Below are positions 12,601 to 24,596 of a stretch of DNA of 64,000 nt, in pieces. Position 1 is the stretch's first letter, and each line of letters opens with the position of its first letter. The stretch lies in assembly GCA_028534125.1 (NCBI GenBank), contig CM052816.1, forward strand, positions 62,684,001-62,748,000. Direction: 5' to 3'. The stretch comes from Lama glama (lineage: Eukaryota). The notes under the pieces were generated by a model. It worked only from the letters and a program-made list of their open reading frames with translations, was not told where the DNA came from and made no database searches. The translations under genes and the position numbers were made by a program.

Positions 12601-13475
12601 GCATGCCTAATGGTCTGGTCCAGGCTAGTTCCTTTCCCTCTAAGAATATGGTCACTCCCCTTCCAGCTAGAGCATCTTTGCTCCAGAGGGGAGCAGCACT
12701 GGAACAAGAGGGGCCTGAGCATTCTCCTAGAGTGGACTGGAATGCACACTGTAGTGGTCCTGGCATGCCAGTCAGAGATCAAAACAGCTTCTGATTCACT
12801 ACCTCTGCTTGTGCCTGCAGTGGCCACCCTCACCTCTTTATGATTCATTGTCAGGTCCTAGCTGGCTCCACCTCCCACAATGGCACACTCCCCTCAGCAA
12901 CAGGAGCTTTTGCCCTAGTGGAGATCTGTGCCGGAGCTAGAGGGGTTGGAGCAGGAGCCTGGCACATCCAGGGCACGCACTGAGGCGGTCACAGGAAACT
13001 GGCCAGAGCCCTGGGAAGTTTCATTCTGCTTCCTCCGCCTTGTTCCAGGGAGTAAGCAAGCATGTGCACACTCTTTCAGAGAGAAGTCTAGGTTTTTGGT
13101 AGCCCTCCTGTAAACCCCGCTTGTTTTCAGTCCACCTAAGGGGACCCATCTTCCTGGTGTCGGAGCCCAGACACCAGGGCTTCGCATTATGTGGTTCCAG
13201 CTGCTCACTCCCCAGAGAGGATCTCTGAGCCCATGTAATCCCCCTCCTCTTCTGTGTCCCTGCCTAGGGAATGCGAGTCCTGACCTGAGTGCTTCACTTC
13301 TTTTCCTACCTGGCTCCATTTCAGTCTTTCTTTACAGCTCCTTGATTGTATGAGTCCTTCTGCTTGTCTGGTTTGTTTTCAGTGGGAATTGGTTCACATG
13401 TCGATGTTTCTTCAGTGTGTTCCTAGTGGGAGGTTAGCCCAGCATCTTCCTTCTCCACCATTTTGCCCTCCTCCC
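9139..13475 (-). mobile_element. LINE-1 retaining 5'UTR, ORF1, part of ORF2 and 3'UTR, with large internal ORF2 deletions
   Basis: The 5' end reads GGGAGGAGGGCAAAATGGTGG on the minus strand. GC-richer 5'UTR at about 12330-13475, ORF1 relic at about 11400-12300. ORF2 peptides in the track include 10939-11151 '[26 protein letters not shown]', 10612-10869 '[16 protein letters not shown]' and 9681-9884 'KDTCTLMFIAALFTIA'. Poly-T at 9139. Confidence 0.95.
9567..9631. repeat. (TG)n-TATA-(CA)n compound microsatellite
   Basis: Directly visible. Confidence 0.95.
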
Positions 13476-13479
13476 TGAC

Positions 13480-14720
13480 ATCTAGTTTTCAATCACATTG
13501 AAACAGGAAGTGCTTGATATTCTTCTTCTGATCAGTCTCTTTTAATTTAACCTTATTATGCATCATGGGCCACTGGCATCATTTCGAGCAGTATCATCAG
13601 TGTGTTTAACAGGTCATCTTACTGGTTTACTGACATACTGGAAAACCACAGTGCTGGGTTAATATAACATTGTTTTCTTTTTCCTATACCTCTGCTAATG
13701 ATCACAGGTAATGAGTGATATCAAAATGTATGCATTTTCTTTTTAGGCACTCACTCTGCTTTGTCATCTAATTACTTATTTATTATAATTCACTCTGTTT
13801 CCCATTTCATATAGCCAGTATTTCAAATCTGAACCTCTATTCTCAAGTAAATGATTCCATCCCTGCCTGTGCCAACCCTAAGCTGGCAGACTTGCTGTTA
13901 CTAAAGGCCTGGTTAGTTGGGTTGGTGTGCCAGAGCACAAGTTGATACCTTGGAACAGTTTTCTTGGAGGAGAACTAAATTCTGAATTTCATGGCTTAAG
14001 TAGGTTCAAGAGGATATGAGGAGCAAAGTCTTGAGGAATATGAAGTAATAAATGGGCTGAGAGCCACCTTTCCCCCTGGGAGTTTGTCGTGGCCTGCTTG
14101 TTTTCACTCTGAAAACACTTCCTGAGCAATTACATTTATACCTTTAGCTACAACCTAAAGGCTGATCACATATTAATCTTTACTTTCAATTCGTATTTCT
14201 CTCAGGCTTTCAAATTTTATTTGTTGACTACACATCTTCAGCTGCAGTTTCCAAAAACAAAATAAACTTGCCTGTTTCTAAAAACTGTGTTTATGCATTT
14301 CTACCTGTCCTGAGGCTTCACTTTCTTATGAATTTCTTGTCTTGATGTTGACAAGGTAGACACTTGGGAGCACCCTTGACTCCTCTTTCTCCCTTATTTG
14401 CCCATGTGCGTAGGTTTCCAATTCGAGAAAACTGCTCCTTCTAAAGTTTTTCATCTGTCTCTCCTTTCCAGCATATTTGCCTCTCCTTTAGTTGAAAAAC
14501 TTCCATCTTCACATTCTAGTTAATAATCAAACTACTCTCATCTACTCCACTAATTCTTTTCTCTGTTGTTACCAAAGTGATAGCTCAACATTGCAAGTTC
14601 CAGATTTCCTTTTAATAATACCTTGCAGATTATTCAAACCAGCCAAGAGGGGCTCAGCCCTGCCTTCTTAACCTAAATTCTTTCTACTCCCTTTTCTTTA
14701 TTCTTAGTTTCTGAGGATCA
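13480..14720 (+). mobile_element. Decayed L2 fragments
   Basis: L2-like phrases: 'cacttgggagcacccttgactcctctttctccctt', 'catctgtctctcctttccagc', 'ggctcagccctgcc'. Confidence 0.5.
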
Positions 14721-15860
14721 ATTCTTTTATGATTTTTCACATTTTCATATGGGCCATACCTTAATGAGAAAAAAAAAACATTTAAAGAAAGTAACAAATA
14801 GATACAGTACCCTGACTAAGACCCAAAGTGTGTATTAGGTTAAAAAGTAGGGGTTCCTTCTCCATGGCTCTTGAATTCTAGTCTATGAGGTAGACATAAT
14901 ACTGTTTCCATTTTTTTTCTCCCATTTTAAAAAGTGAGGCCAAAATTTTAATGTCAGGGGGAAAGAAAGGCAGTAAGTGGGTGGTAGAAGAGACTAATGG
15001 CGATATAGTGCATTTTGAGATAGTTCAGTTGTAACTGAGATGTATAAAAACAGGTGGAGCCCTGGAAACGGAGCATCATGGGAGTTACCAGACAACTAGC
15101 TATTAGGCTAGGAGGGAGATGCTGCCCACATAAAACAGAGGTGACATAAGTGGAGCCTTCTAGACACAGAAAACTGCATCAGGATCTGAACATATTAAAT
15201 CTGCTTAAGGATCAGAAAAGGAAATTACATAGCTACAAAGTAGGCTGATAGCAGGACCAAAGGTAGTCCAACTATACTGAGAATAAATAAGAAAAAAAGG
15301 GACATTATTAAAAAGTTACTTCATATTAAGAGAAAAAGAATAACATTTTAAAGCCCAAAGAACAAGTATTCTTCTGAAAATCATCACCTAGAGCCTCTGA
15401 GAAATTTGGCAATTGTACCTGCACACAAGAAGACACAGTTTTTTTTTTTTAAAAGGAACAAAAAATGAGCTGAGAGGGACAGGCATTATCAAGATGAACT
15501 GCAAAATGAGATGGCTGATGTGTGTAAGAACTGTTGCAAATAATTTAAAATTCACTTTAAGGGCAGTGAAGAGTAGACATGTCTCTGAAGAAAACCAAAT
15601 TATTAATGTGAGGGCAGAAAATCTCCACACTCTTTCAGAGGGAAAGGTCATTTAGATGAAGATGACGAGAGAGAAGTTCACAGAATTGGAAAAGAGAAAA
15701 TGAAAACTCAGTTTTCTTATGGCGTGTGCTTGTGAAGGGAGCCCAAAACAAAAGAAAGAGTAAACAGTCATGTGGAGTAGATGGTAATTTTCTTATGACG
15801 GAATAATGCAAAAGAGCTAACCATACTTCAGTACATTCTGGTAAGGTTTGAACCTCAAGA

Positions 15861-15938
15861 ACATATATACATATTATATATACGTATATATATATATAAA
15901 TATATATATACGTATATATATATATATAAATATATATA
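15861..15938. repeat. (TA)n-rich repeat with a duplicated higher-order unit containing 'tacgta' and 'taaata'
   Basis: Directly visible. Confidence 0.9.
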
Positions 15939-16523
15939 ATCTGCAAGTGTTGAGACAGAAGGAGAAAAACACCTCACTTACGAGGGCCATTGGTGGCACT
16001 GAGGGAGGGCTTAGAGAAGTTTAGCTCCCACCCACCACCCCAAGAATCTCCAATCAAATAAAGACAAAATAAAGACAAAAATTTAAAAAAAGCTTGTATT
16101 GGCCACCGTGGTTTTAAGTCCCCAAGCACCCACCTCCTCATCTACTAGATTTCTATACCTAGTGCTTCCCTCCTGTGAAACATTCTGAAGCCAACACTCT
16201 CACAGACATAACTGACAAAATGAAAAAGGGAACTAAAAATTAGTGAAGGATGGGGACCACACTATAGAAAAATCACTGAAGGTGAATGCTGACAAACATG
16301 CACTGAGTTTCTTCTACAGATATTAAGTGCCTCTCGCATGAAAGTGACCATACCAGGAACTAAGGATATAATGACCAAAAAGCAAGGCCTCTTCTCATGG
16401 AGGAAACATAATTAAAAAACATAGGGGGACTCTATTCTAGTGTTCTTAAATATGGGACATCTGCATGTTTCCAAGAAAACTGTAATAAAGACATTGCAAA
16501 GTGCTACAAAGGTGATATTTATA

Positions 16524-16674
16524 CAGTCTGACCTCCATGTATACGGGTTCCTCATCTGCAGATACGGAGGGCCAACTGTACTAGCCATTTAATATAAAGC
16601 ACTTGAGCATCTGTGGATTTTGGTATCTGTGGGAGGTCTGGAACCAATTCCCCATAGTTACCAAGGGACAGCTG
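16524..16674 (-). mobile_element. MER2/MER2B-type Tigger-derived MITE
   Basis: 'cacttgagcatctgtggattttggtatctgtgggaggtctggaaccaattccc...agggacagctg'. It starts TA|CAGT and has an internal TIR-like hairpin ending 'gagggccaactgta'. Confidence 0.85.
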
Positions 16675-18174
16675 TGCTTTGCATATCCTTTGCTTTCAAG
16701 ATTCTTTTCTAAGATGTACATGATTTGGTCTCTAGGGGGAAGAAACACCAGAAGCTGCAGCAGGTGCAAATAAGAACCCGTTGTTTTCCCCACAGCTTTG
16801 CAAAAGGAAAGGGGAGAGAGAAGAACTCCAAAAACTCGATCCTGACCAAGTTTACTTGTCAGGAGATAGAAAACAAACAGTAGTTTTACAGGCTGCATGC
16901 AGAGTGGGATAGAGAGAAGGCTGGAGTGGCTTAGAGAGTCAGCTCCACAGTCTGGAGGAGGGGATATTCACTTGGTCATTCTGGGAAGTTCCTGAAATTC
17001 TCCGGAGGCTGCTCTCTGAAGGCATATTGCTCTTGGCCAGTTACTTAACTTCCCTTACTTTTCATTTAATCCCTCTTTAGAAGAAGAGATCACATGTGAT
17101 AGTATGAGTGCAATTACTAAGATTACTTCTGTGGCACAAATGTCCAGAAGTTGGTCCAGATATTGGTCTTTTTTTTAACTGTCCTTATTCATAATCAGTC
17201 GTAACTCTAGACAGGACATAAGCAATTTTCTTGCCCAAGTTATTTTCTGGCTTTTGTGGTTGCTTTTTGAAGCAAGAGAAATATGTAGGGATAAGTACAC
17301 AGGTAAAAACATTTTTCTCTTCAAAATCAGTTAGGGAAGAAGGAATAAACAAGCAGAAAAAAATAAACCCCCCAACATGGTGTTTATTATTTGGAGACAA
17401 TTTATTTCTGTTTTGATTTGCACTGAGTGATGAGCGCTTAGAAATTAGCAAGAAGACGTCTGTTAAGTTTTTCTGAGGTTCTGTAATTAGGAAATTGACA
17501 TTGTACCTCAGTGTAATTTGCTTCTCATAGGAATGGTTGGAATGGATTTTTTTTTCTAAAATTGCTCAATGACTTGGCTGTTTTTTTTTTCCCCCAGAGC
17601 AATCAAGTTCTGGGAAATACGCTGTGTCCTTTAGAAATTTTCATATTTCTGATGTTAAATTGAAACTTATAAGGAAAAATGTGTTTTTTCTCTTAAAAAA
17701 GTACCTAAATATTTAAGATCCTAGTGTCTGGGAAAAATAAATCATGATTATGATTTAATCTCGTTTCACTCAATAGTGAAGTTAACCTGATTTGGGGCTG
17801 GGCTAAGGAGTGCAATCACTTTGATGCTGTTTTAAGATGATTTGCTTTGGAATAGAAAAGAGGCCTTGGTGAGGTGTTTGTTTCTTTCTCAAAAAGCCTT
17901 ATTCCTGACATGGATGAAGGAAGACTTTTTAGTTCCATCTGTTTCAAAGTGGACACTAAAACTAATTTTCCCCTATTGATAGTGGTGAGGATAAATTTTA
18001 AAAATACAGATTTCTTAAGACCTTAGGTGAACTGCATATATATGTGTGTGTGGTGATATTTAGAAGTCATGCCTATACTTTGCTTACCTCCAATCCTTAT
18101 ATTTTGTAGCAAGAGTATGTCAAAGCAGAATTGTGGAAAGCCACAAGAGATGGTCGGAAATGAATCCTTTCTTC

Positions 18175-18363
18175 AGAGCATGAGTTGGCCAGTTTGGCCT
18201 ACAGGCCTCATCTGGCCAGGTGTCTCATTTATTTACGTATTGCTTATGGCTGCTTTGGTGCCACAGAATCGGAACTGAGTAGTTGTAAAAGAGGTTGCAT
18301 GACCTCCCAAATCTAAGACATTTACTACCTGGCCCTTAACAGAAAAAAGTTTGCTGTCCCCAT
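18175..18363 (-). mobile_element. MER58-type hAT-Charlie MITE
   Basis: 'tatggctgcttt...ctgagtagttgt...atttactacctggcccttaacagaaaaaagtttgctgtcccc'. Confidence 0.85.
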
Positions 18364-18739
18364 CGTGAGAGCCTTAGGTAGGCCGACCAACAAGCAAGAG
18401 ACAGCATGAATAGTAACAAGAAAGGCTGGCAGAATGGGAGAGATGGTGGGAAAAGGGAGAGAGCAGGGCGCAGATCAACTCCTGACAGTTGAAATTTCCA
18501 GAAAGGAGGTAGATAAAACTGTAGGCTGTTGGGAAAATGGATGAGCCATGGGGGAAGACTTTAGGAGCAGTTTTTAAGACCAAGATGCTATCACCTGCTC
18601 TTTCATCTCTAGACGTCAGCAGCTCTCCTCGGGCCTCCTGTTCTTGCCATGAAGTTTATTTTTTAGCATTGAAGACAAACTAAAATGTGATCAATTCTTG
18701 AACAGATAAGGGCTGCCTTGGCTTCAAAAACCTGTGTAC

Positions 18740-19460
18740 ATCCTTGTTTTTCCCCTGCAGTTCTTCCAGCTCTGTCGAGCCTCCTTCCTGGTTTTTCTCC
18801 TTCTCTATCTATTCCTCAGGTTTAGTCCCAGTTCACTCCTTTTTCTCACTCTACACACACTTCCTGTGTGATATCATACCCTCTGACAGCTTTATCTACT
18901 GCATGTATGTTGCTGACTCTCAGAGTTGTACTGTTTTTAACCCAAGTGTGGTAAACCATAGTAAGGTCATAGACCTTTGTCCCTCTGACCTGGGCTTGGC
19001 TCCATGGCTTGTTTTGGCCAAAGAAATGTGAGTTGCTGTGACAGATACAATGTATGAGCAGAGACTTTAGATTTGCTAGTGTAGCTTGGCTGGACTGCTC
19101 GTGCTTCCACTTTCTGCCCTGTCTTAGAGGGGGCTGCTCCTTCAGGTTCTGGAGAAGAGCCTCATTCCATCCTGTGGGATGAGTGACGACTGAACAAATG
19201 TTGTTGGGAGCCATTAGGATTTTTATGGGTGTCTGTTATACAACAGAGCGGGCTAAAATGGAAAATTTGGGCTAGTTAGTTTTTCTTAGTTTCCTGACAT
19301 CTCAAATTCAAAATTTCCAGAATTGAACTGACCCTACTTTATGTCCCCCTTAAACATTTCCTCCTTCAGGTGTTCCCTGTCTGGGCAAATGCTACCTTAA
19401 ACCATAAAGTGTCCCAAGCCGAAACAGTGAGAGTTATTCTAGCGCCTTCTTTCCTACTGT
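18740..19460 (+). mobile_element. L2 fragment (RT region) split by an MLT1 LTR
   Basis: 'ttttctcactctacacacacttcctgtgtgatatcat...tatgttgctgactctcag' (decayed YADD region), resuming at 'catctcaaattcaaaatttccagaattgaact'. Confidence 0.7.
18927..19258 (+). mobile_element. MLT1-type MaLR solo LTR (older subfamily)
   Basis: 'cttgttttggccaaagaaatgtgag...gggggctgctccttcag...agccattaggatttt...tgttatacaaca'. Confidence 0.75.
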
Positions 19461-19469
19461 CATCATGAA

Positions 19470-19720
19470 GGTACTGACTGGATACCTACTATGTTATGGG
19501 ATCACTGCTAGGCACCAAGGATATAGTAGCAAATAAGGAAAATAAAGTTCCAATTTTCATAGAGTTTGTGGAGGCAGATGGTAAAATAATTAATCATACA
19601 TTTATTTTAGGAATGTATATAGGAAAATGGATTAGGAATTAGGAAAATTCCTAATGTTAGGAAAATGCATAGGATAATAGGAAAGAAAATACCTGGAGAC
19701 CTAATCTACCTCGGGGTTTG
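19470..19720 (-). mobile_element. L2 3' end
   Basis: 'acctactatgt...cactgctaggcaccaaggatatagtagcaaataag...ttcatagagttt'. Confidence 0.65.
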
Positions 19721-20411
19721 GTGAGAATCAAAACAAACCATAACTGCATGTGAGCTAGTAAATACCTTGCAAGCCTTTCCCCTTCTTGCTGTGTCATCTG
19801 TTACTCTTTCTTTTTCTTTTATTGAAGTGTGGTTGATGTACACTGCCACTTTTGGATGCTGCTTGTAAGGACAAAGCTCCTAAACAGAGCACAAATCTGA
19901 TTGGTGTTAAGATGGTAGATGTTTAAAATATTTTTGATTTCTTAGCTAAAATCTTTCATAAAGATACTACCCAAATATGTAATTTAATCAGATAATACCC
20001 ACTACTGTTAAGTATATTATAAAAATGGATCTCTTGATATGTTTCTGATAATAATGAAAATTAAGATAACAATTGGGCAAGTCCCTTGATTCCTAAGAAT
20101 ATGTGTGACTTTTTGTTCAGTAACTTTGTCTCTGGCAAGTTACCTTATAAAAAAGAATTAGGAAACATGTTAATGTTAAATCCTCAAAGGATGAATATAT
20201 GAAACATCGCTAAACGTGGTTGTACATTTATAACGTAAATTAAATTAAAATTTAGTGTTAATTTAAATTAACTTAACTCAGGAAACTGGTTAGTAGAATA
20301 GTGTTACTGCAACCCTGTAAGTACTGAGAGACTATTAACAGCAAGAATAACAGCAAACATAGACTGAACACTTTTTGATAAGGGGGAACGACAAAGGGAA
20401 TTCTGCCTTAC

Positions 20412-20510
20412 CATCAGCCGTTTACTAAAGCCTGTTATCTGCCAGGTGTTGCACTAGGTACTCAGGATAAAGAATTGCCTAAGACATAGCTGCCCTGTCC
20501 TCAAATCAGT
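20412..20510 (-). mobile_element. L2 3' end fragment
   Basis: 'tttactaaagcctgttatctgccaggtgttgcactaggtactcaggata...ccctgtcctcaa'. Confidence 0.6.
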
Positions 20511-20892
20511 TAATGACTTAAGCCATCATTACGCAGTCTTAGAACATGATGGTTGTAAAGATAGTTAAAAGGGTGATGCAGTGTTCGGTTAAAATAAAAG
20601 GCAGCAGAACACAAAATATAGGCGATTATTAAAACTATATATAAAAATATTTGTATAGAAGAAAATATTGTTATCCAGAATGCTAACAGAAGTTGTTTTC
20701 ATATGATGTTTTCATTTAATTTTCAAATTTGTGTCATTTATAATTTTTAAAGTTTTGATAAAAATGATGACTCTATCTTATAAATGATTGAGACATCAGA
20801 CAGTCTGCCTTTTTACTCCCTAGCTCATACAGTTTTATAGGCTTCCAATAAAGCCAGAGAGACTTGGAGATGGCCAGGAGGTGTTCGTTTTA

Positions 20893-21046
20893 GCAGTTTC
20901 CCAAACATAATGAGATCGTAAGAATCACTTCAGTTCTTAGAAATGCCTCCCTTCTTGGTTTGTGAATCAGAATCTCCAGCAAAAAGGATTAGAAATGTGT
21001 ACTTTTAACATGTAGCCTGGTCATTTGTACAAGTTGGGGAAATCCT
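20893..21046. mobile_element. MER5/MER117-like hAT-Charlie MITE
   Basis: 'gtttcccaaac...taagaatcac...gaatcagaatctcc...ttttaaca...aagttggggaaa' with inverted ends. Confidence 0.65.
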
Positions 21047-21404
21047 TATGATGACTTGTAACACTGTGCACTAGAATTAAGCTGGGAAGCTTTATGGACC
21101 AGACCTTACCCCAGAGAAAGAATTTAAAAGCTACCCAGAGTACTATAGTGTGCGTCAAGAAGTAGAGGACCGCTGATTTGCAGACTGTTCTCTGAAGATG
21201 CAGTGCCAGGACTCCACAGTGCGGTTTGAATGATGTTGCCGTCCTCGGGTAGCCACATTTATAGACACTATTACTGCTGGTTTGGGGACCATTATTACAT
21301 TGTATTTTTACATTGCTGCTATGATATGGTGTTGTCACTGCTCAATGTAGGCAAAAGACAGGTTAATAGAATAACCTTAATCTTATACGTAGAGAAGATT
21401 AGTG

Positions 21405-21650
21405 ATAATAACAATAGTAAAATAGATGGAACATTTACCATTTGCCCAGCACTGTTCTAAGGTATTCCATGTGTTGTCTCACTGAGGCCATCTAAGTGAC
21501 TTAAAATTACTATCCTAATTTTTCAGATGAGGAAATTGAGACACATGAAGTTGAGAGAATTTTTTTCAAGCTATAGCCTATTAGAGATGGGGCCAAGATT
21601 CAAACCCAGAAAACCTAGCTCCAGATCCCATGGTCTTATCCACAACTCCA
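21405..21650 (-). mobile_element. MIR SINE, near full length
   Basis: 'ttttcagatgaggaaattgagacaca...gccaagattcaaacccag...ctccagatcccatggtcttatccac'. Confidence 0.85.
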
Positions 21651-22336
21651 GTGTACCTTCAGAGTAAACCTTATGATAGAAGTTGTCCCTGCTCACTCAG
21701 ATAGGATCACAAGAAAGCTGAAGGATATTCTAAGAAGAGCCCACTTAGAAAATGAAAATTACTTGTGTAACTGTGGCTTTTTTATTCTTGTGTTAGTTTT
21801 TGTAACATGGAAGAAAACATAATTTTGAGTTTCTATATGTTCTGTTTAACAAGTGGTTAGATTTTGGATCCTTGGTTCCTTGTTCCAATCTCTTCAAATT
21901 TTTATTATTTCATGGAACCAACCTTCATCTTATGATGGCATTTATTTTGATTCTAGGGCCACCTAATCTGGTCCTATTTCATACCAGTAGATGAGGATAG
22001 GGCTACAAACATTTATTCTGCACTTACTGTGTGTCTGGCACTGTGACAGGCAAGTAAATGTACCTACAAGTTCTGTTTCATACTGTGCCGTTCTACTGTT
22101 ACATATATACATCTCCATTTTTCTTTTTTTCTAAAATCTGCTTTTTTTTTAACTTTGAAGTTTTCAGAGAAATACTTAAAGTAATAGAAACCCACAGTAA
22201 TGAGAAGAGTAGGGGGGAAGTCATCTGTTAATGAGACAGTTCCAGCAAACATCTGGATGGTGGAAAGCAGAGAATGACAGATGACTGACAAAGCCATACA
22301 GGGTAAGCGCTGGAGGAGACAGAAAAGAGAAGCAAA

Positions 22337-22450
22337 GGGGCTGGGGTACAGCTCAGATGTAGAGTATGTGCTTAGCATGCATGATGTCCTGGGTTCAATC
22401 CCTAGTACCTCTATTTAAAAAAAAAAAAGGACCAAAAACAAAAAAAAAAG
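22337..22450 (+). mobile_element. tRNA-derived SINE of camelid type (Vic-1-like)
   Basis: 'ggggctggggtacagctcagatgtagagtatgtgcttagcatgcatgatgtcctgggttcaatccctagtacctc' contains A-box and B-box motifs (GGTTCAATCC), then an A-rich tail. Flanked by a decayed TSD: agaaaagagaagca / agagagagaagta. Confidence 0.9.
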
Positions 22451-23836
22451 AGAGAGAGAAGTAGAACCATAAGCTTCTCAAAGATTAAGCCAAAAAGATT
22501 TTTCGTCCCTCTCTGTTGCATATCCAGATGCATTAAGCTATGTTGGGGGAGAGGGAAAGAAGACTTTTTTATTAGGAAATTTAATAAATAATTCACAACA
22601 AGACATGATCACTAGTTTCAGTGATGATGACCTGAGGTAAATTCTCTACATTCTGCAGTAGGTGAGTGGGGGCCCCGTGATATCAGCACCTACATGCTCA
22701 TCTGAAAATTAAGGCTACCAGCTGGTGGCATATACAGTGTGATTAAGCACTTTCAAATGTGGATTAAGGAGAAAACAGAGATCACCAGCTATATGATAAA
22801 ATGTTGACACATGAAGGAAAACCAAACATAAATGAAAAAGGAAACTAGATCCTGAAGGAAACAAAAATAAATCAGAGAACAGAGATGAGGAATTTTCCTT
22901 TCTGGGTAAAGTAGATTAGCTTGTAGCAGATTGGTGTTCCTATGAGAAGAAGGGACAGATAGCATTAAACATTAATCTGTTTAAAGGCATCAGAGAGCTA
23001 CTGAAGAAATCATAACTAGAGGAACCAAAATTCCAGAGAAGAGCTGGTGAGACTTGACCTGACATTCTGTAGCTGCCTTTTCTCTGGAAACACTTGCTGA
23101 TTCTGGGCAAGAATCTGCGAATCCAGATTCGTAAATCAGACTTCCAGGACTATAAAGACATGTCGATTTTTTTCCCTTTCAAAACATTTACCAAATCTAA
23201 AGCTCCTTGGCAAGAGAATGGAAAAGGGAGGTATGAGGGTGATGGATGCAAGTTAAATTGTCCTATATCCTATCAAAAAATCATTCATAATGTGTGAAAT
23301 AGGTAAATCAAAAAGAATGGTACAGATCTATACTTGAAGATTAAAAAAAAAAGTAGCAATCACGAACGTCAAAACAAAAACAACTGAAAACAGTTATCAT
23401 GGCAAAAGCTCAATAAATAGTAGAAAACTTTAATAGACTTATCCTCATTTAAAATTAACACAGAAACTAAAAATTTAATACATATACCTACAAAATTGCA
23501 AGTCCATTTGTATAAGCAAATTTTCACAAACCTTGAAGTAAGCCAATAATCTATAGAATACACACTAGGAACAGAAAAATAAGCTTCGTCAGTTCAATGT
23601 GTATGGATCCTGTATTCTTGAGGCCAATGCCAGTTTAGGTAGGAGAAGAGGGAAAAAAAATTAGTCATTAGTTTCTACTTAGAAACCTAGATGCAAAAGT
23701 CCTGGTAAGGATTAACAAATTAAATAAAACAATTCAAGAAAAAATTCTGTGGCTATATGGATTTTATGACAAGGATGATTTTATAATAAAAAAAATCCAT
23801 TAATGTAATTCATGACATCCATGAAGAGAAAGAAAC

Positions 23837-23967
23837 TATGGTTGATGTTAGTGTCAGTTTGCCAGAGAAAATTAAAGTTTACTCATGTTCTGAAGTAATT
23901 ACTAATAGTGCCCTCTTCCACTATCAAAACTGTCTTGGTTTTGATCATGGAATAAATGTTCACCCTA
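23837..23967 (-). mobile_element. MER94-type hAT MITE
   Basis: 'gtaattactaatagtgccctcttccactatcaaaactgtcttggttttg...gttcacccta' ends in a GGTCACCCTA-like TIR. 8-bp flanks aaagaaac / agaaaaac. Confidence 0.7.
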
Positions 23968-24289
23968 AGAAAAACTATGTGATTATCTAAATTACTGTAT
24001 CAAAAGCATTTGGTGAATTTTGGCAGTCATCTCGTTAAAAATGTTAGCAAAGAGTAGGCAGTGTTTCAGTCTCTTCTGTAATAGAGAAACCGACTGATTG
24101 TCTTTCAATTCTGCAGCAGAACAAGATTAGCACTACTCCTATTCCTTGTTGAATTGGCGGCTATTGCTAAAATTGAGGCTAGTTGTTTTGTTGTTTTGTT
24201 GTTGTTGTTGTTGTTTTTAAGATACCAACATTAGAAAGGAAGGAAAAAATCCTCTGAAATTTGCTTGATAAGATTTTCTAAGAGTTCCT

Positions 24290-24596
24290 ATGGTCAGGCT
24301 GGTGACCCGTGGTTCTTTTGGGCTAGCTGTGAGCAAGGTTCCATGGTCATCCCCTCATGTCATCACTCCCCTGTAGAGAGTAGTTGGAGCAGGAGCAGGA
24401 ACATTCCTCTTGTGAAGCCCTGGGGTCTGAATTTTCTCCTGGCAGTAGTACTCAATTTGTATGGCTCCTGTGCTCTTGAGGCCAATGCAAATACTACAAG
24501 CTACCTAATAGGCTTTTAAAAAGTTTTGTTTTCTTTTCTGATTAAACTAGCTAGAGTGGATTTTGTTTTCTGCAAATAAGATCCTTGGCAAATACA
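24290..24596 (+). mobile_element. Old MLT1-type MaLR LTR
   Basis: 3' end 'ttaaactagctagagtggattttgttttctgcaaataagatccttggcaaataca'. Confidence 0.65.

Noticed and set aside
9568..13319. Many overlapping hydrophobic or GC-rich ORFs on both strands
   Set aside because: They are antisense or off-frame readings of the L1 body and 5'UTR. T-rich antisense L1 yields F/L/I-rich pseudo-membrane peptides.
21085..21260. Protein-looking short frame (KLYGPDLTPEKEFKSYPEYYSVRQEVEDR) with a few CpGs
   Set aside because: No convincing polypyrimidine acceptor, an in-frame stop immediately upstream, and no recognised homologue.
22337..22412. tRNA gene
   Set aside because: The tRNA-like head is followed by an A-rich tail and flanked by a TSD, so it is a SINE and not a functional tRNA.
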